Assembly (NCBI RefSeq): GCF_009914755.1
Contig: NC_060925.1
DNA from: the human T2T-CHM13v2.0 reference genome, Homo sapiens
DNA length: 64,000 nt
Direction: 5' to 3' (one strand)
Every line of letters starts with the position of its first letter. The first letter of the stretch is position 1. Made by a program: the position numbers and the translations under genes. Under the pieces are notes generated by a model that worked only from the letters and a program-made list of their open reading frames with translations, was not told the origin of the DNA and did not search any database. Below, piece after piece: positions 1 to 14,165 of the stretch.

Positions 1-499
1 TTTGTAGAGATGAGGTCTCACTGTGTTGCCCAGGCTGGTCTCGAACTCCTGGGCTCAAGTGATCTGCCCACCTCAGCTTACCAAAGTGCTAGGATTGCAA
101 GTGTGAGCCTGGCCTTAAATAGTTATTTATTGCATCACTTGAAGGATAAAAGATGAGAAAGATGACTGTTAAAAATCCTACCCAAATTATTATACAAGTT
201 TTTTTTTGTTTGCTTTTTTGAGGCGGAGTCTCGCCCTGTTGCCCAGGCTGGAGTGCGATGGTGTGATCTTGGCCCACTGCAACCTCCGCCTCCCGTGTTC
301 AAGCAATTCTCCCAGCTCAGCCTCTTGAGTAGCTGGGATTACAGGCACCTGCCATCATGCCCGGCTAATTTTTGTATTTTTGTAGAGGTGGAGTTTCACC
401 AGGTTGGCCAGGCTTGTCTTGAACTCCTGACCTCAGATGCCCCACCCACCGTGGCCTCCCAAAGTGCTGGGATTACAGCATGAGCCACTGCACCCGGCC
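1..499 (-). mobile_element. Partial Alu (1-115) and full-length AluS (~199-499)
   Basis: Alu consensus in reverse orientation with a T-tract. Confidence 0.9.
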
Positions 500-589
500 T
501 ATTATACAAGTTTAAACACTGGAGAAGTGTATGCATTTCCCAAAATGTTAAGATTATTCGCAACAGAAGAGGACTCAGTCTACTGTGAT

Positions 590-1170
590 GGCCCTAGGGA
601 GAATGGGTTCTAGTTTTGGCTCTGCTACTTATTAGTTCTGTGTTCTTGGGCATATCATTCTCTAAACCTCATTCCCTTTATGGAAAACTGGGGTAACAAT
701 AGTGCCTGTTTCACCTTCTTTCCAAGATTGTGGTGGGGATTAAATGAAATTGTGTAAGGAGCATAGCACATTGCAAGACCCTGACATATACTAAGTGCTC
801 AACAAATGGTAGTATGTAGAAGGATCATACCAAGATTTAATCCTTATACCTTCCATGCTCTCCAAGTCTACGTCAGAGAAAGTACTTTCTGTCATACTTT
901 TTTCTCATACTGAGTACCACAAGTATAATAATAATAGTAAACTCATGCTGGAAAGCTGCTATGTGTCAAGCCATGTGCAGGCATTACCATTAATAGAAGC
1001 TCCTTGAATCCTCAGTATAACCCGGAGAAGCAGGTACTATTTTCATGTTACAGTCAGGAAATAGCAGCTCAGAGAAGTTAAGTGACATGCCCAAGGTCAC
1101 AGATTGTTCAGAGGTAAAGCTTGGATTTGAACCCACATCTCCAGACTCTAAATTTAGCTCCCTTACCACA
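590..1170. mobile_element. Two MIR relics in opposite orientations (~590-815 +, ~930-1170 -)
   Basis: MIR core-like motifs (ctgtgttcttgggca...; ctcagagaagttaagtgacatgcccaaggtcaca). Confidence 0.65.
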
Positions 1171-1537
1171 GTTGCCTCCCTGTTACTATGTTTTCCCTTT
1201 GTAGTATTTTATAAACCCTTGGATTAAGTTGGTAGTAATTTTAGTACAACTGGCAACTGCTTGCTTAGTGCCGAGTCATTGTTGCCTCTCTCTGTCCTTA
1301 ATAGGCCAAGAAACCTACTACAGCAGTGCTTGTGACCTGTCTGGTGCTGGCAGGGTCCCTCTCATCCTTGGGCAGAGCCCAGTTGTGGGGAGGGGAGGGA
1401 ACAGGGTCATGGGTTAGCTCCAAGGACTGGATTTACTGAGCACTCCAGAGACTCCTGTGCCTGTTAGATGTCGTGTTGATTTGGATATGTGTTTGCGGAG
1501 GAAACTAAGCACTGTTGTTCTTTCTTTTGTCTTCTAG

Positions 1538-1599
1538 CCTGGCTTTCGAAAACATCTGGGCCTGCTGGAGAAAAAGAAAGATTACAAACTTCGTGCAGA
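1538..1599 (+). CDS. UTP11: UTP11 (U3 snoRNA-associated protein 11, SSU processome) coding exon 2; exon 1 lies upstream of the window
   Basis: Polypyrimidine tract plus ttctag acceptor; encodes PGFRKHLGLLEKKKDYKLRA(D); donor GA|gtgagt; peptide recognised as UTP11. Confidence 0.95.
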
Positions 1600-2846
1600 G
1601 TGAGTTCAGTCTTTCTGGTAGAGGCGCTGCCAAGAAAGCTTACAACCTCCTTGCACTGCAGCTGAATTGCCTGAGTGTCCAACAGGGGATAATTTCCTGC
1701 CATTGATAAAATGGCCAAAGCTCTGGCAGCCTGTCAGATAATTTTTTCTGTGATCCTAAATTTCTCTCTTTGTTTAGGCAGATCATTATTTATTTAACTG
1801 TAGTTGCATTGTGAATTATTTGTATTATGTTGTTCCAGATCATTTTCTCATAGTGGCTTTGAGTTGGCTCTGCCTTGGTGTTTGAGCCCAAAGTTGAATC
1901 TTTTTCTCTTTGTTTTCTTGAAGTGCAGGATATAATCTGAAATTCCATTTGTTGAGTCTCTTACATCACCATGTGTGTGATGTGGAATGAAGAGATGTGA
2001 AAGATGGATTCATGAGACCAAGCGTGGGTGATAATGAACTCTGAAAACATTTTATAAAACAATTATCCCCATTCTTGTTCTCTGTTAGCACTTTGTTTGC
2101 AAAATACTTCTTAATTATTTGTTAGCGATACATGTCAGCTGAGGTCCTTTTTATGCCCCTGGTCTAGATGGTGGTGATGGATTAAATGGGTTTCTGTAGG
2201 TCCCAGAGATTTTAAGGCTAATGATAATTAAGTATTGTTATTGGGCCAGGCAGTGTTCTAGGATATTTACCGTTTTTACACTGATTTGTCCCTCCCAACA
2301 ACCTTCTGGGATGGGTTACTATTACCGTATTCATTTTACAAATGAAATTGGGATTCAGGATGGTTAAATAACTTATCCAAGGTTACTTAGCCAGAAGTTG
2401 TCAAGTCCAGATTTGAACCCATGCTGTCTGGCTCCAGAGTCCATGATTCTAGTCATTGCGCTATACTGTACTGTGTAGTTTCTGAATTACATATGGTCAT
2501 TTGGTGCCCAAGCTTGCACCATATCCTAAGGAGTTTTAATTTGTACTTTGTTTGGTGTCTCCCTGTAATGATATAAATGGCACTGAAACATATATAGGCT
2601 GGGGACAGTTAATTTCAGGTTCCACTGGAATAGGAACTGTTGATTAGACTGTGGACCCTGCGAAGACATGAGCTCAGCTCAGTGACAGTGGAGTGTCCAG
2701 ATCCAGTCAGTGCTTTTGGCTTTTTTGAGTTTCACTCTGTGTGACCTTTTAGATGCTTGTAAAGTTTGCTTATTGTGGGTTTTTGGTTTTTTAAAATTAT
2801 CTATTTTTTTTTTTTTGCTATGAACCTCATTTAACCTGTCTTTTAG

Positions 2847-2949
2847 TGACTACCGTAAAAAACAAGAATACCTCAAAGCTCTTCGGAAGAAGGCTCTTGA
2901 AAAAAATCCAGATGAATTCTACTACAAAATGACTCGGGTTAAACTCCAG
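2847..2949 (+). CDS. UTP11: UTP11 coding exon 3
   Basis: ttttag acceptor; phase completes exon 2; [34 protein letters not shown] including the conserved Utp11 NPDEFY motif; donor CAG|gtgggt. Confidence 0.96.
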
Positions 2950-3251
2950 GTGGGTGCCCAATGGCTTGGTTGGTGTTTTGAGCTCCACACATTGGAAAAT
3001 AAGGACAGGGAGGAGATGGAGAGGAAGAATCGTTGGCCTTAATTTAACCCTTCTCTGGTTACTCCAGGTGCTCTTGGTCAGTGTCCAAGGCAAACCCTCC
3101 ACTTCCAGAGGAGCGTGCATTTTTACCTTTGAATCTGGGTTGTCTTATACCTGGAGCTGTTCTAGGACAGATGACTGGAGGTGCTACATTGAACGTACGC
3201 CTCAGGGGCCTGTGTCTAGGATTGCTGTTAGCATACAGCATTTGGTTGTCT

Positions 3252-3550
3252 TTTTGTTTTTTTTTTTGAGATGGACTCACTCTCTGTTGCCCAGGCTGGA
3301 GTGCAGTGGTGCGACCTCGGCTCCCTGCAACCTCTGCCTCCCGGGTTCAAGTGATTCTCGTGCCTCAGCCTCTCGAGTAGCTGAACTACAGGCACACACT
3401 ACTGTGCCCGGCTAAGTTTTTGTATTTTTAGTAGAGACGGGGTTTCACCATGTTGGTCAGGCTGGTCTTGAACTCCTGACCTCAAGTGATCTGCCCATCT
3501 CGGTCTCCCAAAGTGCTGGGATTACAGGTGTGAGTGACCGCACTTGGCCT
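3252..3550 (-). mobile_element. AluS in UTP11 intron 3
   Basis: Full dimeric Alu; tggttgtcttt repeated on both flanks (TSD). Confidence 0.9.
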
Positions 3551-3642
3551 ATGGTTGTCTTTGTTCTAGCCGTGCACTGTGCCAACAACTTATTAATGAT
3601 TTTAATCTAATAGGGAATATATCTTTTAAATTTGGATTTTAG

Positions 3643-3756
3643 GATGGAGTACATATTATTAAGGAGACTAAGGAAGAAGTAACCCCAGAACAACTAAAGC
3701 TGATGAGAACTCAGGACGTCAAATATATAGAAATGAAGAGGGTTGCAGAAGCTAAG
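3643..3756 (+). CDS. UTP11: UTP11 coding exon 4
   Basis: ttttag acceptor; 114 nt, phase 0-0; [38 protein letters not shown]; donor AAG|gtaatt. Confidence 0.96.
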
Positions 3757-4237
3757 GTAATTCACTCTTTGTTCTGATTGGTTTTATTGGTTAAGAAGGG
3801 AAACTTAAATTCATCAATCTCAAGTTATTCATTAATTTCTTCTGGCATTTACAATCTCACTTGATTGTAATAATGATTTAGAAGTATAGTTAGCATGGTA
3901 GAGTGGAAAGAGTTCAGGTTTGGGAATGAGACAGACCTAGGGTTTGAGTTCTGGCACTGCCATAAATTACTAGCCCCATGACAATGGGCAAATTCAACTC
4001 CCTGAGGCTCTTCCCTCATTTCTGTCTCAGGCGACTGTTGCAGGGATTAAGTGCGTCTTGGGAAGTGCCTAGCCCAATACCTGATATTTGTTGGGATCCT
4101 TTCCTTTAAAAGAATAAAGCAAGTTCTTTGCTGGCTGGCAATAATGATGTGAAATGGTTTAAACTTTTGCAGTTTTTTTTTTTTTTTGGTACCCTAGAAG
4201 AATCTAATATAAAGTGAGACCATATTCTGTGTTCTAG

Positions 4238-4331
4238 AAAATCGAAAGACTAAAATCAGAGCTCCATCTGCTGGATTTCCAGGGGAAGCAACAGAACAAG
4301 CATGTGTTCTTTTTTGACACCAAAAAGGAAG
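4238..4331 (+). CDS. UTP11: UTP11 coding exon 5
   Basis: ttctag acceptor; KIERLKSELHLLDFQGKQQNKHVFFFDTKKE; donor G|gtatga. Confidence 0.95.
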
Positions 4332-4431
4332 GTATGAAATGTTTGAAGGTTTCTGGGACAGTCTACCATGCCAGTCTGTGTCATTTGGTGTTAGAAACCG
4401 ACAGTGCCTTAAGGATTGTCTTGAATTTTAG

Positions 4432-4562
4432 TTGAACAGTTTGATGTCGCAACTCACCTGCAAACAGCCCCGGAGCTAGTCGACAGAGTCTTTAATAGGC
4501 CCAGGATAGAGACCTTGCAGAAAGAAAAAGTGAAAGGAGTTACCAATCAGACTGGACTTAAG
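4432..4562 (+). CDS. UTP11: UTP11 coding exon 6
   Basis: Follows a 100-nt intron; (V)EQFDVATHLQTAPELVDRVFNRPRIETLQKEKVKGVTNQTGLK; donor AAG|gtaatt. Confidence 0.95.
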
Positions 4563-4608
4563 GTAATTTTCTCTGTTGTTCTTCACATGTGAGCTTAGGG
4601 GAATCTAG

Positions 4609-6398
<1,790 letters not shown>

Positions 6399-6752
6399 AA
6401 TTAGGTGTACTTTCAATTAGCCGTGTCACTGACGCTTCTCAAGAATTGTGGTAGTCCCTAAAGAGATTAGTATTCCAAATTCCCATGTAGAATAGTTCAC
6501 CAGCATAGCTTTTGAGAAGTTAGGGAGGTTTAGATTTTTGCCATTTTTGTCTAGTAATTATGTTTCTTTCTATTTTGTTTACTGCAAAATCATTTTTATT
6601 AAGAGACTGCTGGTGGGTGGATTGCAAGGATATTTTGTCTGTAACTTCGAGTGGGTAGACAACCCATGAGTGAGCTTTAGGAGGTCTGAGAAAACCCCCC
6701 TTTCTCACTGGTATTTTGTGCAGATAGGTATATGTGCTTGCACAACCTTTTA

Positions 6753-7241
<489 letters not shown>

Positions 7242-7554
7242 TCAGGCACCAGCACACTGCCTGGGGACCCTTCTGTTGCCGACTCTTCTGTTGCTCTCCA
7301 TTCACTTTGTATAGGGTTTCCAACACTGATTCATTCCTGCCATCATCTCAGGTGACTGTGGCACTCACACAAAGGTTGAAGCAGCTTAGTGTAGTAGTGG
7401 AAAGATTCCTGGGATTTGTGAGAGGGGGACGGTCCTGACTCTGCTCCAGGTGAGCTGTGTGTCCTTGGACCACTTCTTCTCTGGGCCTCATTTTTCTGCG
7501 TTTGTAAATGACGGGTTTCGATAAGATAGTCTACAGGGTTCCTTTTTTAATTTT

Positions 7555-7710
<156 letters not shown>

Positions 7711-7877
7711 TGATGTTCCTAAAATGGGCAACGTTATTGTTACCACGTTATGTTGATTCTGGTGAAAGAAGGGAGTTGATGAAACTATGCAGTTGGCTTA
7801 AATGGATTAAGAAACAGTTTCTTACTCATTTTTGTCCTGTTCATTGTTCACTGAGAATGTGTGTGTTTCTTCTCCAG

Positions 7878-7988
7878 CGAATAGCTAAAGAAAGGCAAAA
7901 GCAGTATAACTGCCTGACACAGCGGATTGAACGAGAGAAGAAATTGTTCGTTATTGCTCAGAAAATTCAAACACGCAAAGATCTTATG
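7878..7988 (+). CDS. UTP11: UTP11 coding exon 7
   Basis: ctccag acceptor; RIAKERQKQYNCLTQRIEREKKLFVIAQKIQTRKDLM (within ORF 7710..8096); donor ATG|gtgagg. Confidence 0.95.
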
Positions 7989-8430
7989 GTGAGGAGAGAG
8001 AGCCTTAGGCCTCTTTTTTTTTTTTTCCCCCTTTTCTTTCTTGTAAAGGTCTTAACTCAGACTAGATTTCAGCTGTGTGTAAATCAACCCCAGTGAAAAT
8101 GTCTGCTCCTCAGGGGCAGTGGTTTGAGCCAGTGTCTGTTACTCTGACAGTGTTGAAATGCGCCTTGATTAAGGAGGTAATAAGGGGGTTATTAGTCAGT
8201 GCTTTGGAACAGCAAAGGGTAGGATCGGGTAGCATATGAACTTTATAGCTTATGAGCAGCTCCCGTAACATTTAAACAGGTTAACAAAACAGTGCATGTC
8301 ACTCATTGGTGTTTAAAAATAGACAACATTGTGTAGTTAAATAGCAGAGCTGAGGAATATAAGATGCCTCTTTCATATTCTTATCATTCCTCTAAATGTC
8401 AAATTCTTTAGCTTTGTAGATCATTTAGGT

Positions 8431-8634
8431 CAGCCTTTCTCAACTGGGGTTCCGTGAGAGAATTAAAATTATAATTTTAAATGAAACAACTACTTGAACA
8501 CCTTTCTTCTCAGTTTTCCTAGGACTGTACACAGCTAGTACTTTCTAGATGCCTAGGGGAGAAGTTAATTCATTGCCTACAGTGGATGCCTTGGGCAGTA
8601 GGGCTGTGTCCGTTCTCAACTTTGAGAAGGGCTG
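8431..8634. mobile_element. Non-autonomous hAT-Charlie-type DNA transposon (MER113-like MITE)
   Basis: 13-bp terminal inverted repeats CAGCCTTTCTCAA / TTGAGAAGGGCTG (12/13 match); degenerate 8-bp flanks atttaggt / aagcaggt. Confidence 0.6.
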
Positions 8635-8723
8635 AAGCAGGTGCTAATAGGTAGTTTATTAACCTTTCGATTTTACAAAACCATTTCCTTCTCTTTACTG
8701 ATCACCTTTTTACTCTTTTGTAG

Positions 8724-8807
8724 GATAAAACTCAGAAAGTGAAGGTGAAGAAAGAAACGGTGAACTCCCCAGCTATTTATAAATTTCAGAGTCGTCGAAA
8801 ACGTTGA
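8724..8807 (+). CDS. UTP11: UTP11 last coding exon with stop codon
   Basis: ttgtag acceptor; DKTQKVKVKKETVNSPAIYKFQSRRKR-TGA, the typical basic Utp11 C-terminus. Confidence 0.95.
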   Translation, partial: DKTQKVKVKKETVNSPAIYKFQSRRKR

Positions 8808-8958
8808 CGTGTTATAGATAAGCCTTGTCATTCTGTATCAAAAATCTGTTGTCGTTTTCTAGTAACTTCAAATTCCATTACTCCAAATGGCATGGTTTTC
8901 CGGTTTGTAACCATAACTAAATTGTCAGTCTGACATTTAATGTCTTTCTATGGACAAC

Positions 8959-8964
8959 ATTAAA
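8959..8964 (+). terminator. Candidate proximal poly(A) signal of UTP11 (ATTAAA)
   Basis: ATTAAA ~150 nt after the stop, followed by U/GU-rich sequence (tgtaattgtttttggattgtg). Confidence 0.5.
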
Positions 8965-9024
8965 TCTCCCTCCCTTCTGTAATTGTTTTTGGATTGTGAA
9001 ATTAGTCTTATTTTTATATACTTA

Positions 9025-9374
<350 letters not shown>

Positions 9375-9573
9375 TAATTCATTCCTAATCCCAGTGCTTA
9401 TTCAATAATAACAAATATTTATTGCATGCTTAACTGTGCTAGGAGCTAGAGCTGTGGAGGTGGACAATTACTGTGAGTAGTCTAGTTGATTTCCTCCATT
9501 TTGTAAAACGAGGCATCACTTTTTGTCCATGTTTTTGTGTTTTATAGTTACAGTAAACAATTTGATGTCCTAC

Positions 9574-9886
<313 letters not shown>

Positions 9887-9979
9887 GATGTCCTACTTTT
9901 TAATTAAATCATTAGCTCTTTCCCAGTTTGTTACATCACAAAAGTTTTTTACAGTAATATATGCTAGAGTAAACGTTAA

Positions 9980-9985
9980 AATAAA
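9980..9985 (+). terminator. Candidate distal poly(A) signal of UTP11 (AATAAA)
   Basis: Canonical AATAAA downstream of the stop codon, followed by U-rich sequence. Confidence 0.55.
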
Positions 9986-11572
9986 TATTATTTTTAATGA
10001 TTGCATAGTGTTTTATCTAGTGGATAGACTGATTTTACCCTCACTCATTCTTCTTTTATTGGCTATTCAGGTGGCTTCATAAATTATCCAAGGAGGAATT
10101 TTTTTCTCTTACTTAACAGCTGCAGATAGAAACTCTTGGAACAAGGAACCTACGGGAGCACCTCTTCCTTATTGATGAAGCTCAAATCAGTATAGGCCTG
10201 GCTGTGTCTCTGTCCTCTGCACTCCATGCCAACTCACAATTCCAAGGCTAGAATAGCTTGGTGCAGACCTTCACTCTGGGAATATGGACCCCTGGGTGTG
10301 TTGGCCAGCTTCTTTCTCTTCTCTGGTTCTCTCCTTCCTTTGTTTGCCCATATCAGGATTATAGGCCAAGGACAGTAAGGACAGGACTGAACATGCTTAG
10401 AGCAAACATGGGAGAACAGGGAGCGGGGTTCTGGGGGGCTTGCGTAGCCCTTACACCAAGGAGGGAGAACAGCCATGTGTGGATTGTAAGGCTTTAAAAG
10501 AAAATTGTTAATGCTTAATAAGTGCCCATGACTGTGAGCTTCCTGTACAAGCCTAGACTAGAAGCCTGTTTCCTCAGGGTGTACCCAGTGGAATTTAAAT
10601 CAGGGGCCCTGGAAAACAGCAAGAAGGGTCAGGAAACAGAAACCAGTAGGTTTTGCCTTCAGGAAGGAAATGCTTCCCATTGTGTGTATGCACTCCCTTC
10701 TGGGGAGGTGCTGAGCTCAGTCAATGCTGAAAGTTTTAGAGACTTGAGGATCAAACCAGGGAAGGGACTCATCATAGTGATACTAGACAGGGGAGTGAGC
10801 AGACTAAGCAGCAGTCTGATCCTGGGGTCAAACAGCTGGATGCTGCTGCTCCGTCTCTTGCCCCTGCTGGGTGGGAAAGTGGGGGAGAGGATAGGGAATA
10901 GACCTAAATGCCTTCTCACGAACCACACACCCACATGAAGGTAGGCTCGCCTCATGGAATCTCATGTTCACAGATGCACAAGGCACATATAACTCAGGCC
11001 TCATAAACAGGTACAGGCATACCTACACACCGTCTGGCACAGGAGCACAAACAGTGACGTTTGAAGAGCCACACTCCCAGGCCAAATGGAGCAGGAAAGT
11101 GCATCCTTTTGGTGTACTGTGAGTTCCAGGCTGAAGGTAATCGGAGTGCTGTAAGGGGAGCTGGGTGTTCTGAATTGCTGTTACACTGAGTGCTGTCTCC
11201 AAGACTCAAGGATTTTAAGCAAAGAGATTGGCTGTCCCTGTGACTAAGCAAAGACAGGCCCCAGCCCCATGTATTCTGAGAATTGGCCAGGGCTTTGCCG
11301 CTTTGGTACTCAGTGGGACCCTAGACTCTTGGCTTGTTGGGGAGGGAAGAGTATTGTTTGCTTAGCCGCCCTTTTTGGCCTAGGGGTGATTTGGGCTGTT
11401 GGTGGCATACTGCTCTAGCTGTGCCAAGGGGGCTGTGGGCAGCCTATGGAGCTGGAGGGATTTTCTGAGTCAGGACTTGTTTGGCTCAGGTCTCTTGTAC
11501 AAACCAAGTCTCCAAACAGCAGTTCTATGGTGATGTGGACCCTTCAGGTCTGTCCAACAGAGAATTCAGTAA

Positions 11573-11923
<351 letters not shown>

Positions 11924-14105
11924 CAATCTTTTTCTGATTTCTAACTGCTTCCTGGTGCCAGGGTGGAAAAGGGCCCAGCAGGTGGAGCTGCTGCCCCTTT
12001 GCTGGGATTCCTTCTCAGGGACTTGGTGTCCACCCACCCAGCACACTTGTCTTCTTTCAAAAGTGTCCTTGTACTTAGGAAGTACTTGCATGTGTTTGCT
12101 TATTGAATTTAATGCTAGGGGGGAGAGCTCCCATGAAGAAATGGGATTTTCTCACCCTGAGTTTGAGATGAGTGTGGCCCCAGGAGGAAGACTGGGCAGG
12201 AAGGTGCTTTTCCTTCCTGTTTCTAGTGAGGACCATGCAGGGAGGTCTCTGTCACATAGCCCCAAGTTTCCCATAGGGTGGTTCCACCCAGACCTGGGAG
12301 GGGTCTCCCTCCGTGCAGCTTTAAGCATCTGTTTGTCGCTCACTGTCCTCTCCCCCATGCTGCTGACGGTGGGGCACTGAGCAGTTAGAGCTGCACGTCC
12401 TCCAGCAGGGAAGGCAGCCAACAGATGCAGACTCGCTCTGCCTACCTGTGGAGGCCGGTGAGGCCAGGGCCTGTTGGGACTTGAAACAGTGAGGCAAGTG
12501 GGTGTGTGGTGCTGGGCTCCCCGCTCAAGTTCTCCCAGCGTGCCAGTTCCCGGAGCCTTATGTGCAGGGTGTTGGGGAAGGGCGGGCTGAATCGTGGGTG
12601 GGAGTCTTGGCTCAAAGCCCCAGGTGAGTGGAGGAATTGGGGGCGGACCTGAAGTACTGTCTTGAAGTGGACCTGGCAGGCCTCTTGGGCTTGTGCAGCT
12701 GCCTCCCCGGGTCAGAGGGTGCGCCCTCTGTACCCAACCAGGTCTCCACAGGTCTGTCTCAGCAAAAAGTGCAGGGAAGGATCAGAGAGAAGCTGTAAAA
12801 CAAAGGGAGGCAGAGCTTCCCTTCCCAAGCCTACTGCTGAGAGGTTGGAGTGTAGAGGAGGCTGCCTAGTTCATGCTTCTGCCTGTTCTTTCCTCAACTG
12901 CTCTGGCCAGAGGGAAGAACGTCTCCGCTGCTTCTCAGGCTCCCTGTAAGGAATTTCCTGGCTCCCTATTCCTGGATCCATCATCATCACATTTAGGAAG
13001 TCTTGTCCAGTCTACTCCTAGGTGAAGCATACACCTAGGTCTCCTTGTTCATCTTGTCCGCTTCGCTTAATGCAAAGGGAACAAACTGCTTGGGGCTGGG
13101 GTGGTTGCACAGTCCAGCCCTGTGCTCCTGCGTGGTGGTAGGAGAGGCTCGTCCAGAACGGAGCTAAGGACCCAGCTTTTTCTAGGCAAGAGGAATATAT
13201 CAAGGGAACTGCTGTGTTTAGGGGTAAGCAGAGGATGGAAAGGGCTTCCTTTCCCCTCCCTGCATCTGTCACCTGACGGCCATGCTCAGATCGGGTTAAT
13301 GAAACTGTGGTGCCCCAGGCAGCTGGGCAGCACCCCCCTGCCCTGAATCAGCCTGAGTCATTTACAGCTTTCTCCCAGTTACCCCAAAGGCTTCTCTCAG
13401 AGGTGACAAATGTAGGGGGTTGGTTTCGGGTTTCATGTTTTCACATTACTGGGTGGAAAAAAGAAAAAACACCTTTCCAAACCAAAAAAACCAGCTTCTA
13501 TAGCAGAAACAACTTGTCCCGAGAGCACTGAAAATTTCCCCATCCTCTCTCCTCATCTGCTCAGAGACACTGAGACCAGTGATGGAGGGGTTAAGGGGAG
13601 GGGTTGGAGTCAGGCTGAGTGGAGTGTTGGGGACAGCCCCTTTGGAGGTGGCAGCACCTGCCTTCCTGCTTATAGGCAGGGGAGGACCTTTGCAGGGCCC
13701 TGCAGCTCTGAAGCCTGTGGTCTCCAGTGCCCAGAGATGGATTGCCAGGGCATGGGACAGTGAACTCAGGGTGGCGAGGGACCAGGGAAGGAAGGGACCA
13801 TCTCCCCTCCCTAGCTATTTTGATCCCAGGAGGTCTGGGACAGGTGTCCCTCCCTGGCAGAGGGTTCTTGAGGTGGAGTGGTAGGTGGAATATAGAAGGT
13901 CCATCTGGCACATGGAGCCTAGGGGGCAGCACCCCCTCCTCTTGCTGGCTGGTAGCATTGTAGACCACCCCAGCCCCCCGCCAGGGGCAGATGGTCTCCA
14001 TAGCAGATGGAGACTAGGCTGGCAGTGGCAGGATGGGCTTTCTAGTCTCAGCCTGGCCACTCTGGCTAATAAGACAATCCGGGGGCAGTGACAGGGCTAA
14101 CTGCT

Positions 14106-14106
<1 letters not shown>

Positions 14107-14148
<42 letters not shown>

Positions 14149-14165
14149 GTGTGTATATAGGTGTG
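14107..14165. repeat. (TG)n microsatellite
   Basis: Seen directly. Confidence 0.95.

Noticed and set aside
12621-12629. Isolated consensus donor CAG|GTGAGT downstream of UTP11
   Set aside because: No convincing acceptor, promoter or partner exon nearby.
13395-13409. 15-bp match (TCTCAGAGGTGACAA) to the core of the 50-51 kb inverted duplication
   Set aside because: A few 15-mer matches are expected by chance in a 64-kb self-comparison, and the match does not extend.
13910-13995. CTCF-like motifs (CCTAGGGGGCAGCA, CCGCCAGGGGCAG)
   Set aside because: Mismatches at core positions make them too weak to call without ChIP data.
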